A stretch of DNA of 64,000 nt from Octopus sinensis (lineage: Eukaryota). The position numbers and the translations under genes are program-made. Positions 25,501-37,974 of the stretch are shown one piece after another. The first letter of the stretch is position 1. Each line of letters begins with the position of its first letter. The notes beneath the pieces are model-generated. The model made no database searches. It saw only the letters and a program-made list of their open reading frames with translations, and was not told the origin of the DNA. Location of the stretch: assembly GCF_006345805.1 (NCBI RefSeq), contig NC_043002.1, positions 69,564,001-69,628,000 on the forward strand. The letters are read 5' to 3'.

Positions 25501-26251
25501 AGCGGGCTGTTCGGAAGGACTTTCGGGCCGGGGCCGATGGATAATTTCCAGAGGTCGCTCGCCTGGCAGTGCTACCGAGGAGCTCTGCCTGTTCGAGATA
25601 AACTCTACCGGCACGGAAGTGCGTCAGCCGGGCCTGCCCGAGGTGTTGCCAGGACGACGAAACCGTTCTGCACGCACTCGTCCAGTGCCCGAGTATTGCT
25701 GAAATATGGGTTTATGTCGAACAGCTACTGTCACGTGTAGGACGGATCCGACTATCGGCCGAATCCGTAGTGAAGATTGCTCCGCCGACCTCCTTTAACA
25801 AGGAGGGCGAAGCCGTTTTCTTGTGCCTAGTGGCTGTGACGAAAGAGGTGGTGTGGTGGACTCGTTTGAAAGGGCTAAAGTCAGACACTTTCCTCTTTGG
25901 TCAAGGCCTCATCAACTTTTTCAAGTTTCACTTGAAAAGCAAGATGAGGTTAGAGAGGAAAGTGCTGTCCGATAGCAAGTTTTATGAAAGGTGGGTGAAC
26001 TGTGCGAGACTGGCCAGTTTAAATGGACCAGTTCTCAGGTTTCGCTTGTGATTTCAAAAGGGTAATATAAAAGGAGAAAAAAGGGACTCTCTACACCCCT
26101 TTTTTGACCAGGCTCCCGTTGGCTTTTATAGGGTTTTTCCACCAGGAACCTTTCGTAACGCCTCCCCCTTTTGGGAGTTTTTCATTGTTAATTTTTTAAT
26201 TGTTATAAAGTTTTTACTCGGATTTTTCAAAAACGGACAAAACCCTTTGTA
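22547..26251 (+). mobile_element. Tx1/L1-clade non-LTR retrotransposon, ORF1 absent (5'-truncated), ORF2 nearly complete
   Basis: APE (LNVRGL, ISET, GDWN, LDR, TDH), RT (FRPITLLN, LDQSKAFDRVDH, RQGCPLS, CADD), then after frameshifts a CxxC...H...C finger (ACPRCCQDDETVLHALVQC). T-rich 3' UTR. Visibly more GC/CpG-rich than the flanks. Confidence 0.93.
22622..25423 (+). CDS. Tx1 ORF2: APE endonuclease plus reverse transcriptase (frameshifted near the C-terminus)
   Basis: 933-aa open frame with APE and RT motifs; the C-terminus continues in ORFs 25441-25740 and 25770-26051. Confidence 0.9.
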   Translation: MANLRIGCLNVRGLGSPWKQGHLLNDLRFHDVDVAAISETRLSDPQELAALFGGYEIFLSPCRPEAGGGGTAMLFRKGLDLKIRTVFLDPEGKLVVLDVDDSDGGAFRLLAAYAPTGAGQSDYFKRLEVFLGTSRTLVLVGDWNAVLDERFDRVGRGASDRRGGGCKSLANLLGRFQLSDRFRLDNPNVPMWTWTNRIGSSRSYLDRVFCRPADKDSVGCPQFHLVDYTDHKLVICTVDLDRLHRQGPGYWKLNASLTACKAYRDRISLLVKWALTGAIINNNWWFALKRAIRVESIRYSKTLAIERRKRERDLVKKLDEALDTGIATDVLAARLALDQHFDAKNEGCVVRAKARSLSGEGTRAARWARVAEAKRGNKATIRSLVDQNGREVTEPKQMCTVLQRHFTQLFGTSGGTDNGADFGVYLDGLPQLSDSEAECCEGPISAWEVEEAMKSCTRGRSPGLDGLPYELYVSMPDLFAGLLANVYCNWQQNGRIPAFVCRGVVALLKKAPNKGDVIGNFRPITLLNAELKILAKVLAKRLALVVDKLVGKTQTCAVPTRSIHDNLHFMCYTIERVGNDASAGRALINLDQSKAFDRVDHRYLAAVLKAAGFGPVFRGWIAALYSNICSVIRVNGHLSEPFDISRSVRQGCPLSSLLYILTLEPLLRKLEALRGIPRDLGGGNSVSACADDITVVVSSHRHIGLISETLNQYEAVTGAKINAEKSVGLQLGTWRGKPMPSNSVVGRWTDGPVKLLGVWFGPDLQVDKNWEEVTCRVARLTQKWAERKLSLKGRAEVANAYIASVIYYRLTVVPCPDHWLAKLVRLLFDFLWKGQVPLVRRSICCQRPLNGGLVMPWLLLRRHALRLRHLKRFLDGEQVWSSFVRRDFPQLVSLTELQTWIKRRPRKALGTSSAVKLSPPSAWRAMRSVTAPL

Positions 26252-26313
26252 ACCTAAGGCACACAGAGCTGCGCTCGGTAGTGAAGTGAAAGCACGCTAT
26301 AAAAATAAAACTA

Positions 26314-26316
<3 letters not shown>
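26252..26316 (+). mobile_element. 65-bp 3' tail of the R4/Dong element followed by (AAT)n
   Basis: Matches 15800-15864 with one mismatch. Confidence 0.9.
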
Positions 26317-26397
<81 letters not shown>

Positions 26398-26684
26398 GAT
26401 CAAGAAGGGAACCGAAAATTATACGAGAATGATCCCTGGCTTACCATCCCTGCAAGAAGTGCAAAAGATTGTCTTAACTGGTACATCACACGTATTGAGA
26501 AGAGCATTGTCGATGTGAGAACTGTTGCTGCTCATGTATTTTAATTTAACTTAAAAAAAAAAAAATGAACGAACTATTGAGTTTGGTTTAATGGCCTACC
26601 AATGTACACTATGAGTTTCTTTGCCCTAGGAGTCGGGAAGACACTCGGCAAGAAATGGAAGCAAATTTGAAAGAAGAAAAAAAA

Positions 26685-26690
<6 letters not shown>
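26398..26690 (+). mobile_element. 3' end of a second R4/Dong-like family inserted in (AAT)n
   Basis: IKKGTENYTRMIPGLPSLQEVQKIVLTGTSHVLRRALSM* followed by a UTR and (AAT)n. Confidence 0.7.
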
Positions 26691-26744
<54 letters not shown>

Positions 26745-26747
<3 letters not shown>

Positions 26748-27305
26748 GCCCTGATGCAGTACCAGGCAGAGGCTCTCATGGCTCCTGATCTTAATTGATT
26801 GGAAGTGTTATCATGTACATTGTTTTGTCTTGGTATAAAAGATGGGCTACAGGAAATATTCCGCTCAATACCACATATTTGCATGTCTGTTGTTTGACCT
26901 TAACCAGTTGAACATGTCCCTTAGTGGCTGACGATATGTGGATCTCTGATCACGAGCAGAAGTAGTGGGGCAGCATCATAGCCATGTGTCGAGAGGGATT
27001 CTTTGGGGTTTGAATAATTCACTTCTGTAAACATGGGTGGTTTGTTCAACATCCTTAAACAACCCTTATTCAGGGACCTTTTGAGCGGGATAGGCTACTC
27101 GACCAGAAGAAAATTCTAACTGGGCCCCACTTGCAAGGTCATGTGCTATTTATGCTGATATGAGATCACTGTGTCGCGCTCATATGGTTGTGATGCATGT
27201 ACCTAGTGTACCCTTATCAGACGGGTAGTCATGATGGGTATACAGTGTTTCGTATACTTTACCCCAGTGTCACTTTGATGGCATGCACTGCTCTCTCTCT
27301 CACTC
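26745..27305 (+). mobile_element. ~560-bp apparently non-coding interspersed element flanked by (AAT)n; second copy on the minus strand at 54866-55327
   Basis: Two clearly homologous copies; no tRNA head, no recognisable ORF, no TIRs. Confidence 0.75.
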
Positions 27306-27388
<83 letters not shown>

Positions 27389-27489
27389 GATAGATAGATA
27401 GACCACTGTTTTGTGAATGAATTTGGTAGACACAAACTGTGTGGAAGCCAGTCGCAGACATAAAAATATATATATGCAACTGGCTTCCA

Positions 27490-27925
27490 CACACACACAC
27501 GAAGAATTGCAATCCCTGAGTCAAAATCAGTGCGTGACCTGGGCATTGACATGAGCAATGATGCATCTTTCCAAATGCATATTGCTAATCTGGTGATAAA
27601 ATGCAGACGGCTAGCTGGATGGATTCTCCGAACTTTCAGAACAAGAGAGAAGGAGACACTGATGGTCCTATGGAAAACATTCGTCCTCAGCCGCTTGGAC
27701 TACTGCTCCCAACTTTGGTTTCTTTAAAACTAAACTGGATCTCTTCTTGTTGGGAGTCCCAGATGAACCTACCTCACGACAGGAGACACGGATGCGGGCA
27801 GCAGCATCGAACTCCCTTGTTGATCAAGTGCCACGTATCAGAGGTGGATTCATAAACTAGTGTAGCTCATTCAGCGGTGGTGCCCCAGCATGGCCGCGGC
27901 CTTCGGGCTAAAACATTTTTAAGGA
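27490..27925 (+). mobile_element. Internally deleted CR1-group LINE 3' fragment
   Basis: VRDLGIDMSND...LSRLDYCSQLW joined directly to FKTKLDLFLLGVPDEP, then the conserved tail. Confidence 0.8.
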
Positions 27926-27930
27926 TTTAA

Positions 27931-27982
<52 letters not shown>

Positions 27983-28864
27983 TATTTATACTCATATATT
28001 CATATATGCATATATGTAAATACACACGTAAATACATTCATACACACACAAACACGCACACACACACACACACATGAATACATACAAACATATGCATACA
28101 TATGCATGTGTATTCATATAAATACAAACATATAAGCATGCTTACATACACATGAAGTTTTGTATACGTATATACACACATGCACACATATATACATAAA
28201 ATCAGTATTCTCACATATATATTTATATAATGCATATGCATATGTCTATATATTTATGAATGCATTGTAAAATTGTGTGACAGTCATGCGTTGTTCACGT
28301 GCATAGAAGATAACAGTGAAGAATGAAACGAAAAAAAGAATTAAAAGAAGAAAAAAAGTAAAGAAAAAAATACAACTAAGTACGGCTGTCAGCAAGAATT
28401 CTGTAACTCACGAAAAAATAGAAGTACAAAAATAAATGAATAAAATAACTGTGACACTACAGCCCCACACACACACACATATATAATGTTACATTATGTT
28501 AATTTATGTTGCGTTTCAATTTTATCTCTTTGCCAAACTTGGTTATCAGGAATTTTAGGTTACAAAAGCTAAAGACAAAAGGATGGAAAAGTACCACCGT
28601 CTCTTGCAAATTGCGTGACTAGCTACTAGATCAAGGTCAAATATGAATTGTATTCTCATCTTCCCTCGTGTTACAAAGCACGCCGTGCGAGTGATCGTTT
28701 CATGTTACAAGTATTTCATATCTAATCTGTAACGTTATTTTTGAAGTTCCCCGATCCACTCGAGATAAGTTACGCGTTCTATTTTTATACACGAGAATTA
28801 TTAATAGGTATGATAACGAGTTGTAGTATTATCAATAAGAGAATTTGCTTTTGTATGTAAGTGT

Positions 28865-28875
28865 GTGTGTGTGTG

Positions 28876-28906
<31 letters not shown>

Positions 28907-29018
28907 ATATATATATTATATGATATATATATATATATATTTATATATAGATATATATATATATATTATATATATATATGATATATATATATATATATAG
29001 ATATATATATATATATAG

Positions 29019-29051
<33 letters not shown>

Positions 29052-29091
29052 ATTATATATATATATATATGTATATAATATATATATATTA

Positions 29092-29187
<96 letters not shown>

Positions 29188-29277
29188 ATATATATTAATA
29201 TATATTTATATATATGTATATATATATATATCTATATATTATATATATTTATATATACATATATATAAATATAATAT

Positions 29278-29315
<38 letters not shown>

Positions 29316-29400
29316 GATATATATATATATAATATATATATATATATTATATATATATATATATTATATATATATTATATATATATGTATATATATATAT
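28865..29400. repeat. Large imperfect (TA)n microsatellite
   Basis: Directly visible. Other large TA arrays at 5450-5600, 5962-6110, 30165-30304, 34735-34803, 61608-61690, 61812-62100 and 62410-62680. Confidence 0.95.
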
Positions 29401-29830
29401 CTGGAAGATCCTGGAGGTCTTGTCCCAGACTTTGGCATCGAGAGTCACACAAATGCCAGAACCGGACGCCACTGCGTAGTACCAAGGACTCCAAATTTGC
29501 CATCAAGATGTAGGACAAGATATTGTGATAGCCTGGGCTTCAGAGGCCCACGACTCTTCAATATCCTCCCGAAGAACCTGAGGGACCTGCATGGTGTAGA
29601 TGCGGATGTCTTTAAAGTAGGACTGGATCTCTTCCTGTCAGGTGTCCCGGATGAACCAACTTCACGGCAGGAGGTGCAGATGAGGGCAGCTGCATCGAAC
29701 TCTCTCATGCATCAGATGGCGTTTGCTAAAAAGCATCCGTGAGGTAAAACCGTGTAGCAAACCAAATGGCGGTGCCCCAGCATGGCCACAGCTCATAAGC
29801 TGAAACTGGAAAAATCAAAATCAAAATCAA
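29400..29830 (+). mobile_element. 5'-truncated CR1-group LINE 3' end
   Basis: GPRLFNILPKNLRDLHGVDADVFKVGLDLFLSGVPDEP plus tail GGCGGTGCCCCAGCATGGCC. Confidence 0.8.
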
Positions 29831-29834
29831 AATC

Positions 29835-29890
<56 letters not shown>

Positions 29891-29898
29891 TGTATATA

Positions 29899-29930
<32 letters not shown>

Positions 29931-30164
29931 GTATATATATATCTGTTTATATCTGTATATATAATTTTATTAATTCCTTCTTTTGTTTCAGTCATCTGAC
30001 TGCGGCCATGCTGCAGCACAACCTTCAGTCGAACAAATCGACCCCAGGACTTATCCTTTGTAAGCCCAGTACTTATTCTATCGGTCTCTTTGTGGCGCAC
30101 TGCTAAGTGACGGGGACGTAAACACACCAACATTGGTTGTCAAGCTATGGTGGAGCGGGGACAA

Positions 30165-30529
<365 letters not shown>

Positions 30530-30733
30530 ATATATATATTATATATATAATATATAATATATATATATATATCTATATATATATATAATATATATATAAA
30601 ATCCGCCCACAAGGCTTTACTCGGCCCGTGGCTATAGTAGAAGACACTTGCCCAAGGTGCTACACAGTGGGACTGAACCCGGAACCATGTGTTTGGGAAG
30701 CAAGTTTCTTATCACACAGTTACTCATGCGCCT

Positions 30734-30816
<83 letters not shown>

Positions 30817-31666
30817 CATATATATATATACATATATATATATACATACATATACACGCACACATTATCACATTATGTATATATATACATACTTACACAC
30901 ACATATGCACACATACACACACATATACATATATATATACACACTCACACGCACATACGCACACATACACACGAACAAACAGATAGATGTACACACACAA
31001 ACATGTATATATATATATATATACATAAAAATTGGGGGAGGTACATCTCCTGATGTTAAGAGCAGCGGACTGGCTATCGAGGGATCGCGGGTTCGAATCT
31101 CAGTGCGGGTGATATGTCTGTTTACGGCAGAAGGTAATGGCGAACCTCTGGTGAATCTGTTGCCACAACTTTCTCTCACTCTTTTCTCCTGCCTCTAGCA
31201 TATTAACATATTAATCTATCACAAATGGCTAATATGAGCATAATGAGGCACCCATATCTGCATGGCTGAAACAGCTGTAAGATGTAGTTTATATTTATAT
31301 TTGTATTTATTTATATTCACTTATACATACTGTACTTATTGTATCTTATTACTCATTGATGTACATTGTTTTGTTCTATATTATTATGTTTGACCTTAAT
31401 GTTCATATGTAGTGGTTTAATAAATTATGTGATTGGGTATTATCTGGTAGTTGATTATTGATTAAGATGTATTTCTCCATTTCCTTATTTTGTATTATTA
31501 ATTTGTGGTAAAACATTTTACCTTTGCCAATATAATACAGTGAATGAATTAATTGCATCGCAATTCTTAACATTTATGTATTAACTTTGTTGGGTGCTTT
31601 ACTAGCAGTATATTGGATACATGTTATCCCATGGTGGGTTGCACTCACAACCCCTATCTCAATTTG

Positions 31667-31721
<55 letters not shown>

Positions 31722-32390
31722 ATGTGTGTATGTGTGTATATACATACATGTGTATATATATATATATAATATATATATATATATACATATAAAAAATACA
31801 TACAACAAGTCCTGGGGTCTGCATACAAACATAAACATATACAGGTTTATTCATTTATATGTATGTACATATATATGTATATATGCATATGCATATGTAT
31901 AGATGTATAAACATATTTATATGTGGATATATTCTCTTTTCTTTTATTCTCTTTTACTTGTTCCAGTCATTTGACTGCGGCCATACTGGAGCACCGCCTT
32001 TAGTCGAGCAAATCGACCCCAGGACTTATTCTTTGTAAGCCCAGTACTTATTCTATCGGTCTCTTTTTTGCTGAACCGCTAAGTGACGGGGACGTAAACA
32101 CACCAGCATCGGTTGTCAAGCAATGCTAGGGGGACAAACACAGACACACAAACACACACACACACATATATATATATACATATATACGACAGGCTTCTTT
32201 CAGTTTCCGTCTACCAAATCCACTCACAAGGCATTGGTCGGCCCTGGGCTATAGCAGAAGACACTTGCCCAAGATGCCACGCAGTGGGACTGAACCCGGA
32301 ACCATGTGGTTGGTTAGAAAGCTACTTACCACACAGTCACTCCTGCATATATATTTAAGCAGAAAGACAGGTATATATATTCATATTCGT

Positions 32391-32438
<48 letters not shown>

Positions 32439-32444
32439 TATATA

Positions 32445-33045
32445 TATAAACGGCAGTTTGTCTGTCTGTGTGTCTGTCAGGTTGTACCCTCACCCTGACC
32501 ACGGCTTTCAACCGATTCTGATGAAACTTGACACACACATAGCCCAATGTCATAATTCAAAACTAAAGCAGCGAAAATTTTGAAAAGTTCCTCCAGTTCT
32601 GAAAAAAATCGATAAATTCGACAAGGGGTCGAGAATCTAAGCTTTTTATATGCAACACATTTTCTGTTGTAGTTTTCACAACTTACAATCGATTTTCACC
32701 AAACTCATGGTGAAGCTTAATGTTACCCTAAGAAACTTAATTCTGACGTTAGTTTTCCATGCAATACCTTACCATCAGAAAAATCGATAAAATCATGCCA
32801 TTTTGGGAAATCGCGTTCAAATTCAAGATGACATATTTTCGACAATATCTTTCACAGATTGGCAGGAATTTTTTAAAAAATTCACAGCGAGCATCATGTC
32901 TGCTCCAAGGAGCTGTATGGCCCTTTTTATTCCAATAGGATACTTTATTACTGGAAAAAATCGGTTAATTAAATCATATGTGGCACACATAGCAAACCAC
33001 AGACTGTCTAGGGGACACAACTCGACCTTTTTAACTCTCGGAACA
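32445..33045 (+). mobile_element. Non-autonomous Helitron/Helentron-like (DINE-1/HINE-type) element
   Basis: Starts ATATATAAACGGCAGTTTGTCTGTCTGTG (GTCT microsatellite) followed by AACCGATTCTGATGAAACTTG, a layout typical of HINE-like elements. No canonical 3' hairpin/CTAG was seen. Confidence 0.4.
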
Positions 33046-33399
33046 CGTGGGGTAAGTATCCCAAAATGTATAAAAATGTACAAAAACGGCAAAAAAGCGG
33101 GCAGCAATGTGAGTGACAACAACGAAAAAGTCAAAAGTGACCAAACTGAACAAACGAATGGAAAAGGTTTTTTGGTGCACACGACAAAAGCGGTTTATAA
33201 TAAACCAAGAGTTTGCAAGTAGCGTCCGAGGACCCTTAGGGTACGTCAAAACTTTAAGGTAAAACGTTTTGGGTGGTACTTATAAAGAAAGTTTAAACAA
33301 AAAAAGTATTCGAATAACTTGCGGCTGCAGCAGCTATTAGCAGAAGTGGTGGTGTTGGGGGTAAAGTCTCGAATGTAATTTCGAGACAGAAGACCTCTG

Positions 33400-33585
33400 A
33401 TATAAACCAGGTTTGTGGTTGCTGACGGTTCCCTTAGTTGAAGTGCACTATGAGCATCTACTTACTCACAGGGCAGTCTAGGTTCTGTAGCTTTTGAACA
33501 ACTAAACTAGAAGAAGGCCACTCTGATCTCAAATCAGCGATCAAGCATCTGACTTGTGGAACACTGTGCACCAGTTCAGGTAAAT

Positions 33586-33644
<59 letters not shown>

Positions 33645-34570
33645 TGTGTGTGTACATTGTGCTGCACAAGCAATGACCACTATAAACAAAACCAGGTGCC
33701 TGCAGTTCAGTAAAATGTTATCAGCAAGTACCACCGTCATGTTTTTATGGTGAGAGTGTATACCCTACCCCAAAGAAACGAAAAATCCTATGACGATGAA
33801 GGGCTAACGACGGGAACAGTTGAAAGATGTCACTGGAAGTTCTTAGCTTGAATTTTGCTCACAGGTGGCCGCTTTACTCAGCATTTGCGGGTAATTATGT
33901 AATTCGTGACCTCCTTTCATAACAGATTAGCACTGTTTAGGATGATATTGCTTTGCTCCTATGGCGGGGTGGGGGTCGGTCAAGAAAATGCGACCCAAAA
34001 ATTGTTTACTCCATTGCTCCTTGTCATTAGGTGCAAATGACTGGGTACCCAAACCTGCACCAAAAAATTAAGCAAATTGAAAACAAAACACTTTTTCATT
34101 GCATCTTGGAATGTGAGAAATCTTCAGGACAGCAAGAAAAATATAGAACGTAGGACTGCTTTGGTTGCTCGTGTCTTGAAGGGGAAAAACACCCATCGGA
34201 ATAGCAGCTTTTCAGAAAGATGATTAGTGGACAGTGCTCAGCTACAGGAAGTTGATAGTGGATACACCTTTTTCTGGATGGATAAGCCACAGGAAGTAGA
34301 GAAAGAGGCGGGTGTTGGGTTTGTTAATCGGATTGACCTGGTGAGACAACTTGAATCTCCGACTGTTGGCATTAGTGAAAGACTCTTGTCATTGTGCATC
34401 TGCATTGGCAAAAATAAATATGCAACTATTTTCAGTTGCTATGCTCCAACCGTGAACTCAAATGAAGTAGCTAAAGGGCAGTTCTACACTGAGCTACATA
34501 GTCAGTTGAGCGGTATCTCCATCCATGAGTAACCTTTCGTTGGTGATTTCAATGAACGTGATACAATGGC
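33400..34570 (+). mobile_element. RTE-BovB-like LINE 5' region and APE endonuclease remnant
   Basis: ASWNVRNLQD...ERRTALVAR, GYTFFW, EAGVGF, FSCYAPT and VGDFNER motifs. Confidence 0.75.
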
Positions 34571-34731
34571 TGTGAATCGATCCCACTACGTTGTTGTTTT
34601 TTTAACCTCGTACTTATTCTTTCAGGGTCTTTTGTCGAACTACTAAGTTACCGGGACGTAAACACATTAACCCCAGTTGTCAATTGGTAGTGGCGGAGAA
34701 CAAAAAGAAGTATAAACGCTAAGACATACGC

Positions 34732-34806
<75 letters not shown>

Positions 34807-34951
34807 ACAGGCTTCTTTCAGTCTCCATCTACCAAATCCGCTCACCAGGCTTTGGTCGGCCCAAGACTTTAGTACAAAACGCTTGCCCAAGGTGCAACAC
34901 AGTGAAACTGATCCTGGAACCATCTGGTTGTAAAGCATTGCCACGCCTACG

Positions 34952-34992
<41 letters not shown>

Positions 34993-35227
34993 CTAAAATC
35001 TCTTTAAGAGATCAATGCAGTAGTTTTACTGACAAGTAATATCCGTAACCACTTTAACATGGCTGCCCGTTCGAGTGGACTCTACTGCGATTTTTAAACC
35101 CCAAAAGGACATCACCTCTATCTGATTAACGGTGCGCAGCTGCCTCCAAAAATATTGCGAGCAGGGGTGCGAACCCCTACCATCTCCTAGCGACGGGACC
35201 AGTCGACCAGTCCTGCGTTGATCTCTC

Positions 35228-36142
35228 TATTCAACTTCAAAAAAGGACTTAAAGAGCTGAAACTACTCGTGATATCAACGAAACGTTTGGTGAAGAAATA
35301 ACCAGTTAGTGGTCAGCTTGGAAGTGATTTCGCTGTGGAGACCTGAGCCTTGAAGATCGTGAGCATAGTGGACACTCATCTGTCATAGATGACGGTCAAA
35401 TAAAGACGGTCATTGAGAAAGATCCACGTAAAACAACTCGCGAACTGGCAAAAGAACTTCAAGTTAGCCAGAAAACTACTTTCAAGCATTTGCATGCGAT
35501 CAGTTAATCAAAAAAGCTTGACTAATGGGTACCAAGCGAGTTGAATGAAAATCAGAAAATGCGCAGAAATGAAATTTGCACGACGCTTCTTCTCCCTAAC
35601 CAGACCGATGCATTTCTCGACCGTATTGTAACTTTCGATGAAAAGTGGATTCTGCACAATAATAAGAAACGTTCTTCGCAGTGGTTGTACCAAATTGAAG
35701 CACCGAAATCTTTCCCTAAACCCGAGCTCTTCAAAAAGAAGGTTATGGTGACTGGTGGTGTACGGCTGGACTCCAATCATTCTTTATGACAATGCTCGAC
35801 CACACGTTTCACTGATGACGCTCCAGAAGTTGAGGTAACCTGGCTACGAAGTTCTTCCCCACCCAACTTATTCCCTAGATCACATTTGTAAGCACTTTTA
35901 TTGTTTCCTGTGAGAGAAGGAGTTCAAAAATCAAACCGATGCTGAAAGTGCATTGAAAGAGTTCATCAGCTCCAGACTTCAAGATTTTTATGTTACCGGA
36001 ATAAACAAACTTGGAACTCGTTGGCAAAAATGTATTGATTGTAATGGTCCTTTCTTTGATGAATAAAATTTCCGCATTGTTAAAATATACTGTAATGAAT
36101 TTCATGTTTCAAAACGTTGCTTACATTTTACTCAGCCTGATA
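35228..36142 (+). mobile_element. Mariner (DD34D-type) transposase pseudogene with 3' TIR
   Basis: WVPSEL, IVTFDEKW, DNARPH, LPHPTYS and RWQKCIDCNGPFFD; terminus TTTTACTCAGCCTGATA. Internal deletion and stops. Confidence 0.88.
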
Positions 36143-37222
36143 TTTCAAACATAACGTATTATATTTGAGTGTACGGCTATGTTCTAGTTTAAAGTCCGAG
36201 TTTGTCTTCCTTGCTTTTTATGGTCTGTGTTTGTCAAGAAATAATATATACATTTTCTCCTTACTATAATATAATTTTAATTAAATAAAATTTCCTGGTT
36301 CCAACATTAAGTATATTAGCGCTCAGATCCCAGTTTACGATCTTTATTTAACGCAGCAAGGGTTCGAATGTATATCTTCCTCAGTCATTCCGTTACATAA
36401 TCTTTCTCCTTAATGTCCATTCCCTAAAATTATTCAGGGGCACTTCATTTTATCAATCTCAGAATGATAGAAAGCGAAGTTGGCCCCGACGAGCGTCGAA
36501 CTCGGAATATTGGTTACATTTTAACAAGAATGATTAAATATTAATTTATTTATTGCCCACAGGGGGCTAAATATAGAGAGGACAAACAAGGACAGACAAA
36601 AGGATTATGTCGATCACATCGACCCCCTCCCCAAATGCGTAACTGGTACTTATTTAATCGACCCCTAAAAGATGAAAAGCAAAGTCGACCTCGGCGGAAT
36701 TTGAACTCAGAATGTAGCGGCAGACGAAATACCTATTTTTTTACTACCCACAAGGGGATAAACACAGAGAGGACAAACAAGGACAGACAAACGGATTAAG
36801 TCGATTATATCGACCCCAGTGCGTTACTGGTACTTAATTTATCGACCCCGAAAGTATGAAAGGCAAAGTCGACTCAGCCAGCTCACCGCCTTAGGAATGA
36901 TTAAATATTGAAATAGAAGTGGTAAAAGTGCAGATTGCATTAGTATTAATCTGGAATTGAAACCGCATTGCAATATCGGCTAGGCAGGAGACTACTCTTT
37001 TACTTGTTTCAGTCATTTGACTGCGGCCATGCTGGAGCACCGCCTTTAGTCGAGCAAATCGACCCCAGGATTATTCGTTGGAAGCCTAGTACTTATTCTA
37101 TCGGTCACTTTTACCGAACCGCTAAGTTATGGGGACGTAAACACACTACCATCGGTTGTCAAGCGATGTTGGGGAGGACAAACAGAGACACACAAACATA
37201 TACACGCACATACATACATACA

Positions 37223-37256
<34 letters not shown>

Positions 37257-37499
37257 CATACATACATGGTGGCTGCCCCCTCGTTATCGAGTATGGCCAT
37301 TGCACGAAGCTTAATCAATATTGTTATCGTGCAATGCCTGGGCAAGAAGATTTTTTTTTAAGTTGAGGAAAGGCTGTGCACTGAGTCAATTCCACTCACT
37401 AAGCAACAGCAGCCATAATCCGAAAAGAACAAGTTAACATCACAGTAACCACTGAGCCGCAGGTTTTATGTAGGAGTTATCCCAGTTTCCTGAGTTACC

Positions 37500-37822
37500 T
37501 TCTCCTTGAAGGATGCCCTAACAAAGGCTAGGAGTCCTTCACTCCCAATGGTTTAACCGCGCGATCGGGGTATTCAGTCCGATTATTTCTATGTCCCTGC
37601 GTATGATACAGCCTTAAGACATTTATTGGATGGCCGTTGACTCTCAAGAGTTCCTCCGCCCTTTGACGGGTTTTGTTTTTCATCCCCGCAGGGTGTCCAA
37701 TAAACACCCTCCTCACCAAGCAAGCTTGGTGGGGTTGCCGGTTTAGTCGCCGACGACCCGACCATGCAACAGGTTGTACTGGGTTACATGTTACCAGTAG
37801 CACTCGAAAGTGACCTGACATA
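37500..37822 (-). mobile_element. Probable LINE (RTE-like) 5' UTR fragment
   Basis: GC-richer non-coding block ending at a microsatellite; assignment rests on general resemblance only. Confidence 0.3.
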
Positions 37823-37866
37823 ATATACATACATATACACATACATACATACATACATACATACAT

Positions 37867-37905
<39 letters not shown>

Positions 37906-37906
37906 C

Positions 37907-37974
<68 letters not shown>

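Noticed and set aside
22547-26251. Bacterial contamination or HGT gene suggested by the GC-rich block
   Set aside because: It is fully explained by a Tx1/L1 ORF2 with eukaryotic repeats joined on both sides.
37700-37822. HDV-like ribozyme at RTE-like 5' ends and at the ends of the 560-bp element
   Set aside because: Only simple hairpins were found by eye; the nested double pseudoknot could not be built. A descriptor search would be needed to exclude it.
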